Shown here in pieces: positions 12,030 through 25,950 of a stretch of 64,000 bases of DNA (the first letter of the stretch is position 1; every line of letters starts with the position of its first letter). Source of the stretch: Callorhinchus milii (Eukaryota). The position numbers and the translations under genes were made by a program. Under the pieces are notes generated by a model. That model made no database searches, was not told the origin of the DNA, and worked only from the letters and a program-made list of their open reading frames with translations. The DNA lies in the NCBI RefSeq assembly GCF_018977255.1, contig NW_024704743.1, positions 59,212,001 through 59,276,000 of the forward strand, in the 5' to 3' direction.

Positions 12030-12083
12030 GGAGAAGATGGTGAACGCGGAAGGGATGGTGAAAAAGGTTCAAAAGGAGGAAGG
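12030..12083 (+). CDS. COL28A1: Collagen exon, 54 nt (GEDGERGRDGEKGSKGGR)
   Basis: TTTCTAG acceptor, donor GTACAG at 12084; six Gly-X-Y triplets. Confidence 0.9.
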
Positions 12084-14012
12084 GTACAGAAAAGCTATTT
12101 TACTCAATTTACATTACTTCTGACTTGCAGGTTCACATAAGGAGAGGTGATGCTTAAGGGAGCACTTGCTGTAAAAATATTAAATCTCCGCTGACGGGAA
12201 AACACGTGCTGCTAAGAAATAGTGATTTTTTTAAAGCGAGATAGGGAAGCCCTTTGCGTAGAAAAATATTCCCATCCCCATATTTTCTCATTCAAGGGCT
12301 AAATTACAATGAGTCTTTAAAGGGTTAATTATTGGATTTGTCCTTGTGAAGTCAGTCATTGAGTTATATCACCAAGAACAACAAATTGCATTTATATAGT
12401 GCTTTCACGTCAGGAGGATGTCACAAGGCACTGGACAGTCGAGAGTTTACACCATGTCATAGTTACATGATGTTGCTGTTGCTGCTTTTCAGCTGTTTGC
12501 TTTTGTGATTCTTTCATAGAACCAAACAAATTCATAGCACACAACCAGGTCATTTGGCCCATCATGTCTGATGTACTTTGAAAAAGGTATTTCAAAATTA
12601 AAGTGAAATATTTCAAAGTGAAGCACTTTGAGACATCCTCCTGATGTGAATGTAAATGTAATTTGTGTTTTATGTATATGAGGTTATATAGACATTCAAA
12701 ACACTGCTTGTAATCCACACCTGAGTACAACTAGATTCACAATGAGGAGTAAGTGCATTCCCATAAAGTGTTATTTGCCCACCACAGAGAAAATAAATTG
12801 CTTAATTCTGCCATTCATCAGTGAAAATTAGCAAAACTTACTGTAATGGTCCAAAAGCCTAATGCTCCCTCTATAGCTTACAGTTCTATATTGTAATATG
12901 GCCATCTTGTAATACATTGAACTGTCCTCAGTTCATTATTGTTATTTATCTCCATACATACTAATATGAAATTATTCAAAACTACAGGAATTTTGAAACA
13001 AGTGGAATTCGGAATCAGATTTAGATGCAGTTGTGCTTACCTCTTAACTTCTCAAATAATTCTTCTCTAATTAGTGTTCATAATATGGGCATATAAAACA
13101 TGACACTAGAAAATTTGTCAAGATTAAATTAATCTACAGATACTTGAGTTGGTGCCTTCAGGGAGACTAAGGCTAGTTGTCCAAACACAGCTAATATGTG
13201 CCCCACAAATGCTTTTTTATAAATGCGATCATTAAGCCATCCTTCTAAGGGAATTGAATCCTGTAACAGTTTTAATTGCTTTTCAGGGCTAAGATCATTT
13301 ATCAATGCCAACAGCAGACTATCAAAGTATGATGGTTTCAGTTCAGTGGGATTACTGCTTCTGCTTGGAATGCAATGGGTCGAAACGTGACCGCATTCAT
13401 TATTGGGAGGTGCTCACCACCCTTACATTCCAGCAGGTGACCTTGTCTGCAATGGTTGCACTTTAAGTGATAATATTTTTGTAAAGTGTAACACCTGGCA
13501 ACATTGGTATGATTTTATTCAGATTAATAAAATTATACTTATCAAGGAATCAAGTAAAGTAAGGAATTGGTTATTTAGACATTTGAAGAGTAACCAGTTA
13601 GATCCTATTGGAAGGATACATAAGTGGCACATGTGTTAAACAAAAAAAATCAAAAAAAGTGTCTTTATTTGGGGATTGTTCTTTAAGTGTAGACAGAATT
13701 CCCGTTAAACCAATGTCATGATTTTTACGTTATATTGGGGTGGAAATTGTTTCCTAATAGATTTGATTGGTTAATTAATACATCAACTTTATTGAGGTTT
13801 CTTAAGTCTTGTTCTCTAGAAAACATAAAATACACCGCACACACACACACTGTGGATTTAGCAGACTCATATTAGAACATTATTGCTCTTTGACAGGACT
13901 GTGGGATTGTTTTGGCTAAGTAGGTCAGTGGGAGATTCCATGATGCTGTTTAAAAATAGAAGGGAGTTTCTCCCGATGTCTTGGCTATCAATCATTCAGA
14001 TGAACTAATGAT

Positions 14013-14463
14013 CCTATCACCGCCATCCTCGCCCGACTCCACTGGCTTCCCATCACACAGAGGATACAGTTCAAGATCCTGGTTCTCACCTTCAAAGCCT
14101 TCCATGATCTTACTCCCCCCTATCTCTGCGATCCCCTAACCCCCTACCAACCTGTCCGCTCCCTCCGCTCAGCGGGTTCTGACCTGCTTCCCGTCCCTTG
14201 CCTCGCTCACCCCTTCTGACACTTTGCCCCCACCCTCTGGAACTCCAGGTCCACAGTCCCTCCACCTCATCTCCTCCCTTGCCTCCTTCAAGACCCATCT
14301 CAAGACCCTAATCTTCAACCTTGTTTTCGATCTCCCTGCTTGCCCCCCGCCCTTCACATTCCCCGACCCCCAGCTCAGGTCTGAAACTCTGTCTATCCAG
14401 GCCTTGGGACATCCTCCTGATGTGAAAGGTGTTTTACAAATGTAATTTTGTTGTTGTTGTTGT
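14013..14463 (+). mobile_element. L2 3' fragment nested in a Deu-SINE (SINE halves about 13920-14012 and 14464-14598)
   Basis: PITAILARLHWLPITQRIQFKIL-coding segment and L2 tail ending in (TTG)n. The SINE core resumes immediately after it. Confidence 0.85.
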
Positions 14464-14935
14464 ATGACTCTTTGTGGGTATTCGCTAGTAGAAATGGCTC
14501 CCATGTTTACCTACAAAAACAGTTTTACAGTGAGAGTAAATACTAGTGAAGTAACGTTAACATGATAAGGCATTATAAAAATGCAAGTTCTTTTTTTCCA
14601 TGTTAGTGCTCCTAAAGAGAAAGCTAAACTCTTTGACTTCCCATTCTCATTGAATTCTCATCTTGGCAAAAGAACTCCCTCCGTTTCCTTTCCACTACTA
14701 TGAGTCAATTTTATCCCCTCCAGTTCAACAGATCCTCAACTCTGTCAAAAAGATTTAACGGTTTCCTTATCATCATCCACAAGATATGCCTCTGAACTTA
14801 GCTGCTTTATACACTTAATGCATTGTCAAGATACTTAGTGTGATATTAATGTGATAGGTAATATTTTTGAATTTCAAAACTTATTAAAAGCTATGTAAAT
14901 ATGCTAAGCCATTATTTTGGATTCTATCTCAATAG

Positions 14936-14980
14936 GGCAACAATGGTTCTAAGGGAGAGCCTGGAAATGATGGGCAAAAC
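14936..14980 (+). CDS. COL28A1: Collagen exon, 45 nt (GNNGSKGEPGNDGQN)
   Basis: TAG acceptor, donor GTGAGT at 14981; five triplets. Confidence 0.9.
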
Positions 14981-15759
14981 GTGAGTACACTTCTGATTTC
15001 TACATCTACTGAGTAAATGCTAGTTTCCAATAATAACCATACAGGTGACTTGAAGGAAATTGATAGACAGTGGAAGGGAGATNAAAAAATACTTTTTATC
15101 CCCATACAATAATAATATAATTTCTACCCACTGAGCTATCTCATAGGTATTGAAAGCCCATTGCTCCTGCACTGCATCTATCAAACAGCTCCAAGGATAG
15201 TTTGAGATTACCTTTGATTTAATTCATGTCATCGTACTTAAAACTTCAATTTATCAAAAAAAGTTTGATTTTGTCTGATTTCTTTTTCAGATTTCTTAGG
15301 TTGAACATTGCAGTATAGGATGCGATAATTATTGCACAATAAAAAAAAAGTCTGATTGATGCCATTAGTTATCCTACTCATTGCAACTCTTACCCACCCT
15401 GATTCCGTCACATGGTTGGTCAAAAAAGCCACCTGCAGAAGCTGCTGAACTTGTCAGCCGGCAGATTATAGTGTTGGAGTGCTGGTTCCATCTTAATTCG
15501 ACACAAAATAATCAGAATAAAATCCGCATCCCATTAACTAGCACTCCAAAGCCACATTGTGTGGACTGGCGAGTCCAATGATTGCTGCAAATGGCTTCAC
15601 ACGCAACCATTGTGAGGGAGTTGGGAGTGGAGTGGGGGAGTCTTCAGTTATTGACTGAGCATGAAGGTCACATTTTTCAACAATGTTGTAATTATCACTC
15701 ATGTAAATTGACAGATAACCGGTTGCAATAAGCACTATTTGGAGTGAAAAGCTGGACTC

Positions 15760-16445
15760 CAGCATCAATCCCTGGGAATGTCAATTGTTCCCTCTTCTTG
15801 CCCAAAGAAAGTCTCTTTCATCCCAACTCTCTGCCTTCTATCTTTCAACCAGTTTACTAGCTATACTATGAGGGTGTAACCAGTCTCATACCCATTCATT
15901 TTAATAATGAATATCTTGTTTGGAATTTTATTAAAAGTCCTTCAAAATACATATACATGACAGCCATCAATCCTCCACTGTCCATCATCTCAGTAGTTAT
16001 AGGTTAGAACTCTATTAGCTTTGTCACACATGACCTTCCCGTTCTGTCTCTCACTGGATGGCATGGGTAGTAAATTGGTTGAATGATAGGCGATAGAGAG
16101 TTGGGATAAAAGAGATCTTCTTTAGGTAGTAACAAGTGAAATTCCCAGGGAATTTGGTGCTTGATCCCAGCTTTTCACTCTATGGGTTGTAAACTCTGAC
16201 CTGTGATGTGTCAATTTATACCAATGATAATTAAATTACATGATAATTATATCTTATACTTATTCAAGTGCTCAGTTACTCTGTCCTTGATAATGGATTC
16301 CAGTAATTATCCCACTACTAATGTTAAACTCATCCGGCCTATATTGACTTGGATACTTCCTTCTTGACATCTTGAATAACGGTGCCAAATTTGCTTACCA
16401 TTCCATCCTCCAGTATAAGCACTGAATCCAGAAAGTCTTGAAAGA
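15760..16445 (-). mobile_element. Old CR1 RT fragments, including an inverted internal piece (about 16060-16240 on +)
   Basis: Degenerate CR1 RT motifs; 15765-15865 and 16062-16155 are diverged reverse complements. Confidence 0.6.
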
Positions 16446-16804
16446 TTGGAAACCATTGAAGCACTTTGGCAGCCCCAATGGTTTATCCATTATAATTGTT
16501 TGTATTTATTCATTGTAAGTTTCTCTTATCTCTTTCTACAGCAGTACAATATAAATATAAAGTTTGTTAATTTTTGTAATACAAATTACCATTGACTACT
16601 TACTTCTGCTCTGGCACAAGATTTTCTGCTCAAGCTTACATACAATTAAATTTTAATTCAGAAACGCAAGAGTTACCATTTTTGCCTGGATTCAGTTGTC
16701 AGGACAATTTGTGAGTTACCAAAGTCTTCTCCCACTGCGCCCCCCCCCCCCCCCCCCCCACAAGATGTGGTCTGTAAGATAAAACATTTTTATTTTTTCA
16801 ACAG

Positions 16805-16831
16805 GGAAGATCTGGCTTCAAAGGTGATAAG
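16805..16831 (+). CDS. COL28A1: Collagen exon, 27 nt (GRSGFKGDK)
   Basis: T-rich tract plus CAG, donor GTAAGA at 16832; three triplets. Confidence 0.88.
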
Positions 16832-18786
16832 GTAAGACCTCAGGCTAAGGACTTGAATAATATTTTCACCATTCTAATATCCATATAGATTCTCATCACA
16901 GTAACCACTCTCCTGTTTTCATGTAGGCAAAATTCCAATGTGTACCTTGGGGGTCCCTCAAGTGATGCTTCTGTAAACTCACCAGTGTTCTCTCGGCTTG
17001 GACAAGCTTGGAGTGTGTTCTCCTCTTTGTCAGCACTCTCCAGAACTAGCTCCTGCACAATAACTCAACCTATAATATGTCATTGAAAATAAAGCACTCT
17101 GAAGTAAATACTTAGGAGAGGTCTCGACAAGCTCTCTATAGTGTTAAAATACTTCATAGGATGACACAAGACAGTGGAATTTGCGGGATAAATATTTCTT
17201 CCTGTTCATGGGATCATGTGCAAATTGTTGATGTGATGTGTGCTTTTACATGGCATTAACTGAACTGGGGAAAGGTAAAAGAAAAAGGAGTGAATTTGTT
17301 AAAGCACTTGTGTATAGCACACAAAGGAGAACGAAGCATTCAGTGTGAATTTTCCTTTGATAAGATGGGGGTAATGGAAAATTTGACTGCTATTGCTTTG
17401 TATTTTCTGAGTTTTTACCTTAAAATTTCCTGTAGTTGATTTCAGTAACAACGTCTCTCTCAATTATTGCAATTGTGTAATCGTGATTTATATAATGCCA
17501 CAGATTCTTAACTCGAAAGCTTGTCACAATTGAATGGCTTTAGTTAATTTTTTTTACACATACGTGAGTTAAATTGCTGAAGTTTAAATCCTGTACAATG
17601 GAGGATTTTATCTTTTGATGGCTTGGCAGGTTTCCTGTCTGAAGCTTCAGTGCCCCACAGTGGCCAGTCAATGGCATTTTTCGCTTGTGTAATGAAAGAT
17701 ATAAATATCTAGTATTTGGCAGATTTTTAAAATTCAAGTCAGATAGACATCTTAAGGTACTCTCCGGAATTAGGTAACTAGGATGGGTCCCTCCAGGGAG
17801 GGAGCGCGCATTCCATTCCAATAAACATCTCTGGGATTACCACGTATAAGGTGAGATGCATGGAATTTGGTTTGGTTTGGATACTTTTAAGGAGAGTGAT
17901 ACGTTTCTCCGTGTATCAGACACCCAGCTGACCAAAAAAAGGTGTAAAGTAAAAATCACCTGCAGCATATTTTGTAGATGGAACATCAGAATGTGGAAAA
18001 ATGTGTTGAGATCGACAGCTGTAACAACAAAATATCCGACAACTCAAACTCCCACATTTTAGAATAATCAACAAGAGATAGCTGGAAAACTGACCTTGCT
18101 TGTCTGTTGAGAGGGTTTGTGAGAAAAATAACATTTTGAAGGTTAACCATGATTACTTATGGTGACCAATGTCAAGCGAGTTACTCGAAACTTTTACTGA
18201 GGCTATTATTTGTTGAAGAAGGAGGTTATTCTGCTGCACACTGCAATCAATTACAGACATTCAGTGTTTCAGCAAAATATTGAATCGGGAAAAAAATGGA
18301 CAGGAAAACAAAATGAATATGTCCTAGAATATTTTTTCACATCATCAGATTGCACCTGAAGACTTTCCTCTTTGACTGTGCCTCCCCTTTCTCCCCAGCT
18401 TAGGGTGAAACTTCATCGTTGTTAGGCTTTGTCCTTTATTGAGAGCAGGGATTGCATCAGGATAACATAGATAACCCCCCCCACCACCACCCTCGCGTGC
18501 AAACACACACAGACACACAGTGTCATAGTACAGCCCTGTTGCAGTGCTTTCATTTCCCTCTGCACTGTTTAAGAAACTTTTAGATTTTTGATGCCTTTAT
18601 AAAAATCACCTATAAAAGACACAGTCATTACGCTTTACAGTAAATTCGGTGAAGCGCTGTGAGACGTTCTCCTGTGAAAGGCTCTGTAGCAAATGCAAGT
18701 ATTGACATTGTCATGGGACCTACTAAATTTGCACCTCACCAATGTCCGAACAAACTCACTATTCAGCTCTTCACTTCCTTCTGCAG

Positions 18787-18831
18787 GGTGACAAAGGTGA
18801 TTGCGGAATCCCAGGGATTCAAGGTGACAGA
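18787..18831 (+). CDS. COL28A1: Collagen exon, 45 nt (GDKGDCGIPGIQGDR), with intra-helix Cys
   Basis: CTTCTGCAG acceptor, donor GTAGGT at 18832. Confidence 0.92.
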
Positions 18832-20339
18832 GTAGGTATATTTTGCAACATACTGTGTTTTACTTTACAGCTTCTGCACATCTGTAGCAATTTGTTTTGT
18901 AAGTCAGGTTAAACAAAAAGATAATAAGTACTATAATTAAATATATCTTGCAAAATTATATTCGTGTTCCTATATTTAGTGATGTTAGTACCAATTTGAC
19001 CGTGCTTACTGCCTCTTCCCTTGCTCAGCATCCGAAACAGTCCCTGTGAAGTGCTATGTTATGTGAAGCACTAACAAAAAAATAACCTCTATAAAGATTG
19101 TTCTTATTAGTGCTGGAAAATGGCTCATTTTCCTATTTTGGGAACTCAGTCAGAATGAACTATGTTACAGCCTCCTCGATTCTAACCAAACCCCAGCAGA
19201 ATAACCATTCCTACACTAACATGATGCTTCCCATTACGACACTAACTATTTTGTGGGCTTTGTGAGTAACAAACTAATGGAGTACTGAATTAAAAGCCCA
19301 CCAGGATCTGGATTGAACTGTCCAAACTTATTTCACATTAGAAATTGTACATTAAGTAAATTAATGCTAATTATCTGCAGTAATATACTGTAGTGATAAT
19401 GTGTTTTTCCCACAAAATATACAGTCAATTCACTTTGCAGTATAATCTGTGAAGCGCTTTGAGACGTCTAGAAGACACTATATCTACAGGGCTATATCAA
19501 ATTCAAAGCTTATTATTATAATATAGTAATATGCAAGCCCAAGTGTAAATTTCTGTAGTGTTTAATATTTTATAGCATAAAATAGCAAAATAAAAAGATG
19601 AATTCAATAAAAAGATGAATTCAATAAAAAAAACTTCTAATTGTTCATTTATAAATGTTGAGCTGTAAGGATAGCAGTTGTCCATTAAGACTGTATATAC
19701 TGTAGCAAACATCTAACATATTTCAACCAAATATATTTTTTTATGTCTTCTTATGGCTAAAATGTATTTCTCTAATAAGGAAAAGGACTATGTAAATAAT
19801 ACTGGGTAAAAAAATGTGATGTGATCCTCCACTTCACCCCACCCTCTCTTGACTACTTTGACATAAGGTTTGGGTCTGAAGATTCTCGATCACTGATTGC
19901 ACATTGCATTGCATCTTCCTAGAATCCTGGTTTAACTCAATTTGTACCCATTGCAGCCGTCAGCTGTAATATCCAAACAAGAATAGGAGCCCGCTACCAG
20001 GATAGCGGCCAGATTGTGCCAAAGTCAGGAGGGGGCCTACATCTGCGACTCGTCATTAGGATTATAAGTATAATGCAATGTTTGATCACAAATTCTATAA
20101 GACAATTGATATTTTGCAATTCTGTTCTGAACCATTGCACTTTATGCCCTATAACTGATCAATCCCTTTACAAACTGTTTATTTTTGCTTCAAGTATCAC
20201 ACCTTTGCTTGATAAATTGTGCTTTTATTGTTTTCATTAATCTTCCATTAATGTGCAATACTTCTTGATGTGTTCATTCAACTTTACTCAAAACAGTTGC
20301 AACTGAAACATGTTTGACACCGTCTCATAATTGTTACAG

Positions 20340-20384
20340 GGTCCCAAAGGACCACTGGGTCCAATTGGAATGAAAGGGGAACTG
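20340..20384 (+). CDS. COL28A1: Collagen exon, 45 nt (GPKGPLGPIGMKGEL)
   Basis: TTACAG acceptor, donor GTAAGA at 20385. Confidence 0.92.
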
Positions 20385-21084
20385 GTAAGAAAACATTAAT
20401 GTTATAATGACAATAGCTTTAGCCAATGTAAACACGCACTCTCTACAAAATGCAATTTGCTGTTGTTTAGTATTAACCTCAGATTCAAACATGAATGATT
20501 AATACACTGGGTATGTTTAAGTAAGTGTTTGCGAGTGGGTGTGCGTTTGTGTGAGCGTGTAGGCACGTGGGTGTGTATTATATGCTTGGATATAGGTAAG
20601 ATAACACTGCAAGATTAAAATATCAAATAAGGCGGAGGGACAGGAAAAGGAGAATTTAGAATGTTGACCAATGTTTTTAGGAATGGTTTTGAAGGCAGGG
20701 AGGGAGTGAGGCAAAGCGGTTTGGGAGGAGAATTCCAGCAGCAGCATATAGTGGCTGAAGGCTTGGCCATCATTGAGCACATTAACAGGAAGAAATGTAT
20801 GTTAAAAATGAACTTTTGAAAAAGGTTTATTTTTGTTGGTTAACTGGATAATTTATGAGTGTAATGTCCTAAGGAACAGATAATTGAGATGTTTATTCTT
20901 GAGAAGTACTGTGATAAGATGCAGTTTCTATAATAAATTATCTTATGTTTTCCAATAATAACAAAGCCTTATGTTTCATATGAGGTCCATAAATTTAAGT
21001 TTTTACTCTTTTGAGTGAGACACCAGTAGTTGCTATGTGAGAGCCTCTCTAGATAGAAGTACGTTAGTTTCAGAACAAAGTCAT

Positions 21085-21325
21085 TGGAAGTTCGGCCACC
21101 AATAGTGGGAGGGAGTGGAGCAAGGAATGTTTGCAGTTCAGTCTGTAGCTGAAGGGAATGGGCAGGAGTGTAGTGCAGGAGGAGATTGAAAATAGAAAAG
21201 GGCCAGGACATGGTATGATTTGAAGGTTTGCATGAGGATCTTGAAGTTGATCCTTTGGAGGATGGGGAACCATTGGTGCTCAACGAGGATGGGGGTGATG
21301 GGTATAGGGACCTTAGCGCGGGAGA
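21085..21325 (-). mobile_element. L2 fragment, adjoining a CR1-type 3' tail at about 21330-21580 (-)
   Basis: Minus-strand PITPILVEHQWFPILQRINFKIL. Confidence 0.75.
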
Positions 21326-21954
21326 GGATATAAGAACATAAAAACATAAGAATTTGCTAAGCGAAAGAAGACCAAGGTCCATCCGGTTCGCCTTCCACCA
21401 ACCTGGCAGTCACATAATAGGTCATGTCCCAAACTATACATTGTATCCCGAGATATTATTTCCTTACAGAAATTTATCTAATTTGTTCTTGAAAAAATCA
21501 ACACTTTCTGCTTCCACAATTTACCTCGTGAGCCTGTTCCATATGTTTACTGCTCCCACACTGAAGTAATGTTTCTGCATTCAGGTCAAGGCATCCACAA
21601 CACAGGGGAGAAGTAAAATGTGTAGAAGCAAATATTCAACCGGAAAGATTTGAGAAAGGCCACAAAAAGTGGAAATATTGCTTCAGGGAATAGAGTTATT
21701 TTGGTAACTTCCCTCTGGCATATAGTAATTATCTCATACAATGAGCTCTACACTGCTGCCGATAATGGTATTATTACTGAATTGTGTGATAATATCATAA
21801 TAGAGCACCAGCCATGGAACTAAATAAAGAAGAAATATCATATGTATATGCATAGATTGAATTGAGTAAAGGTCGTGGCCCGTAGTTTAATAAAGATATG
21901 TTTTTAAACAGTTTCAAAATAATGATCTCTTTAGATATCATTAAATTTTGTAGA

Positions 21955-22468
21955 CCTCTCAAAGCCAGTCAGGAACCTCGGTGTTCTGTTCGACCCTGAG
22001 CTGTCCTTTCTCCCTCATATCCGCGCCACAACTGGCACCGCCTTCCATCACCTCCGGAATATCGCCAGACTACGGCACTACCTCACCCCTCACGCTGCTG
22101 AAACCCTGGTCCACACCTTTATCACCTCAAGGCTGGACTATGGGAACTCTCTCCTCGCCGGCCTTCCCGCCACCTCCCTCCACAAGCTGCAGGTCATTCA
22201 GAACTCTGCAGCTCGTGTACTGTCCCGCACCAGGCTTCGGGACCACATCACTCCCACCCTCGCTCCCCTCCACTGGCTCCCCATCCCCCAGAGGATCGAA
22301 TTCAAGATCCTCATCCTCACCTACAAGGCCATTCACGGCCTTGCTCCCTCCTACCTCTCTGACCTACTATCCCCCTGCTCGGGTCCTGACCCAACTGTAC
22401 AGCGCCTTGGGACGTCCTCCCAACGTGAAAGGCGCTCTATAAATGGAATCTTGTTGTTGTTGTTGTTG
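21955..22468 (+). mobile_element. Young L2 3' fragment with internal deletion
   Basis: Encodes VRNLGVLFD...SRLDYGNSLL...LHWLPIPQRIEFKIL, then jumps to the tail 'cagcgccttgggacgtcctcccaacgtgaaaggcgctctataaatgg..(ttg)n'. Confidence 0.92.
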
Positions 22469-22837
22469 ACTTGATGCAAACAAAATGATATGAGTGATTA
22501 AAAAACAGCATATCATGGAGGCACATTACTGGAAAAGCAAGTATTTTTTATATAAGTTAAAACTTTTAGCAATAGCAACAAATCAAGATTTATCTTCAGT
22601 ATTAACAAACGGTGCACAAAACATCTATAAACAGCAGCACTGAAATGTCTGCATAGGATATTCATCACAGAGCATTCAATGACTAAACTAGAGCAATAGA
22701 CAGTAGTTGCAAATCTTCGCCACTGAAAAGATTAATATTTTCATTAAGATTTTACAACCAAATTCTTTTTATTATTGCAGGAAATTTAGAATAATAGAAA
22801 TTTAAAATTTTGTGTTAATTGATTTTTCTCTCTCCAG

Positions 22838-22891
22838 GGCCCCCCTGGACTACGTGGTGAGATAGGCTCAGAGGGACATCAAGGCTCCAAG
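22838..22891 (+). CDS. COL28A1: Collagen exon, 54 nt (GPPGLRGEIGSEGHQGSK)
   Basis: Strong pyrimidine tract plus CAG, donor GTAGGT at 22892. Confidence 0.92.
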
Positions 22892-23725
22892 GTAGGTGAC
22901 ATTGCTATTGATTGTGACATTGGCGGGTTGAGAATTCTTCTCTTCAAGAAGCAATTATTTGTTTCTCTACAAAAAAGTACACAGTAATGTACTTTCAATT
23001 CAGATATAACGCTAAACTGAGGTTCCTTTCCCGCACCGCCACCCCCACCACCCCCTCCAGCTGGAGTCATTTAAACAACAGTTTGATATATTCAGATATG
23101 CTATCCACATTAAGGGTGCTATATAAATGCAAGTTGTTGTTGTGTATGATTGATGCTGTGATGGGAGGTCAGTGAGGTAGGTAATCTGGAAGGATGAGAT
23201 CAAATGAGCAGAACATCTAAACCTCTCTTGTGATTTTGCAATAAGTGAACCCACGTTATAATGAAGTGCGTTATAAATGGGGTTTTACTGCATATTTGCC
23301 CTTCTCATGTGGCTATTGCACTTCCTGGGAAAGGCCATTTTACTAGTTATTCTGTACAAGCACAGTATGTATTCAATTGCTTAACATACAAAGAGAAACT
23401 TTGATAAACATAAAATGCTGAAAATATTCTATTTATGTTTCTCATGATGGAGTGAGCGATAAAATTATTAAAATATTTCCTTCCTGGTGGGGGAGGGATG
23501 CTAGTAATATTATTGTGAGGAAGAACAATGAATTCAATTGTATAAGACCAAGACGTTGTCTGGTTTAACTTTGGATCATTAATTCTGTACATTCTTACTG
23601 TTGTTTCTCAAAGGGCGACATTCAGTTTTAGGTGGTCACTGAATGCATAATGTTATTGAATTCATTCAAGTTATGGAATAGATACACTGAAGTGGCGGAA
23701 ATTTTGAGAATGCCCTAGATTAGAT

Positions 23726-24311
23726 CAGGGGTTCTCAAACTTTGTCACAGTGAACCTCCCTAAGCTAAGAAAAAAAACAATTGCGTCTCCCCATAGTTGA
23801 CTAAAACAAGACAAAGAACTGAAAATCCTATACTTTGCAAGAATACGAGCAATAAAGTAGAAGGGGTTTGATTTGAATATAGTTATAATTGAGTGTCAAA
23901 AGTACAAATTTTATTTCATAAAGCACCTTTCATGTTATCTCACGATGCTGTTCAAATCGCAGCAGCTAAATTAAAACTGTACAAACATTTTAGGAAACAA
24001 AACACCAAACAATTCTGGATTATGTCAGTATAATATACATCAGTCCTACTTTATCAGTGGGAAGACTGAGCTTGGTCCAGCACCTTGAGTCCTTCCAGTG
24101 TGAAACGGGCCATGTAAATGCAATTTGTTGTTTCCAAGTGGAATTATTGCTCCGCACTGTTGTCGCGAGGATTGTTGTGGAGGGAAGCATTGTTGTGGGG
24201 TTTGGTTGTTGGGTGGGTGGCTTTGCTGGGAAGCAGGGCCAATCCCATAAAGCCTGTGACTGTTGGGAGGTATGCAACTGCCCCCTCCCCGTCCCATAGT
24301 TTGAGAACCTG
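23726..24311. mobile_element. Non-autonomous hAT-like DNA transposon
   Basis: Termini CAGGGGTTCTCAAACT and AGTTTGAGAACC--TG (Charlie-type TIR); no clean 8-bp TSD. Confidence 0.65.
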
Positions 24312-25319
24312 TAAATAGAATTGGTCATTCACTTCATGACTGTTGTGGGACATTGCTGTGTATAAATTGAGTGCCACATTAGTCTACAAAATGCACAGAA
24401 ACTACACTTTACTGTAATTCCTGTGAAACACTTTGAGAAATACAAGGATAAAAATAAAATGCCAGCATTTTCAATAGAGGGCGGGGGAGAACATTGGGAA
24501 GGGTGGCTGCCGTGTAACTAAATATGGACAGTGAACAAAATCCTCAGCTCAGGTCAGCCTGTCAGGTTCTCCTGCAGTTTACTATTAAAACAGTGATATC
24601 AGCTAAGAGTGAAAGGTGTGACTAAATTTTCAAGTCATGACTTCTCAATTTTGATGCTCAGATTGCTAATGGTTTGGATGTTCAGACAGCTATAGTGAAG
24701 TTGTAATGTAGCTGACCATGCTCGGTTCATTATTTGAATGTGGGAAGGAGTAAACTAAAGGGATATGGGGAAAGGACAGCTAAATGGAACTGAAAGGATT
24801 GCTCTTAAAAGAGCCAGTGCAGACACGATGAGCCAAATGGTCTTCTATAGTGCTGTACATTTCTATGGTTCTCAGCACAAAGCTATTAAAAATTTCCTCT
24901 CTAATGCCTGAATTGAATAATTGTCATCCGATTTGATTAATTTGCTCAAGTAACTTGAAGACATCTGTGTGTCCTCAGTCCACCACTGCATCATCAACAC
25001 CTTTGGCAGCTCATCATTTAATTCATTACACGTTATTTGGATTTGCTAACTCCCAAATGAATAGTTAACATAAGGAATATGTTTTTCTGAAAGTAATGGT
25101 TAGGATGCAGGGTTCAGTAATCGCACCATATTTTTCCACTGATGATTACTCGCCAGAAATGATTTCTGATTTTTTAAAGGACAGCTGTGTGGAATGATGC
25201 AGCTGTTGTCCCAACAAAGCATGTTCCTGGCATATACTCTTCTACCTCATGAAGCAAGTACTTCATGTGATGGCAGGAAGCCATGCAGATCATGTGGAGT
25301 CGTTAGGTTATTTTACAGC

Positions 25320-25371
25320 TGTCTGCTAATAGAAACAAGTACGATTGTCTGCTAATAGAAACAAGTACGAT
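25320..25371. repeat. 26-nt tandem duplication
   Basis: TGTCTGCTAATAGAAACAAGTACGAT twice. Confidence 0.9.
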
Positions 25372-25950
25372 CCCACAGATCCCACATAGCCAAAATTGTC
25401 ACTTCTCTTAAGCCTTAGCATATTGACTTTGTGGATGTTGGTAGCTCAGTTCTACCTCCACAGCTTTCAGTTCAGATTAAAAATAAAATACTGGACACAG
25501 AGGCACATTTTGAGCACTGAATATGACTTGTATAAATTAACAGTTGTGACAGTTAACATAATATGGAGTGAGTTAACAACTGTTATAACTATATGCCCTC
25601 ATTTCCTGCAAGATTTTTGTGCAATGGTCCCATGAAAATCACTGACAGATCTTAGTTTTAACCAAGTTTAGAGTAAATTTGCCAATGTTACCAACATTAG
25701 CAAGGATGTGTGTGCATATATATGTCTCTTTGCAACTCTGTAAACTACATGCATTCCCGGGGAAGGCATAAGAACTTCAGAGAAATTTATCCATGCAGGA
25801 AATATGAACTTGCAGAATAAACAAATAACTAAGGACAGCAGTAGTATCAAGAAAACATTGCATTAGTAATAAGTTTGGACTGATCACTTACAGATCCCTT
25901 ATCTAAAGCCTGACACTCCTTCAGATCTCTGCCCATATGATCATTTTCGC

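Noticed and set aside
9991..16759. Single N bases at 9991 and 15083 and the poly-C run near 16740-16759
   Set aside because: The Ns sit next to A-runs and look like homopolymer base-calling uncertainty; no biological signal is supportable.
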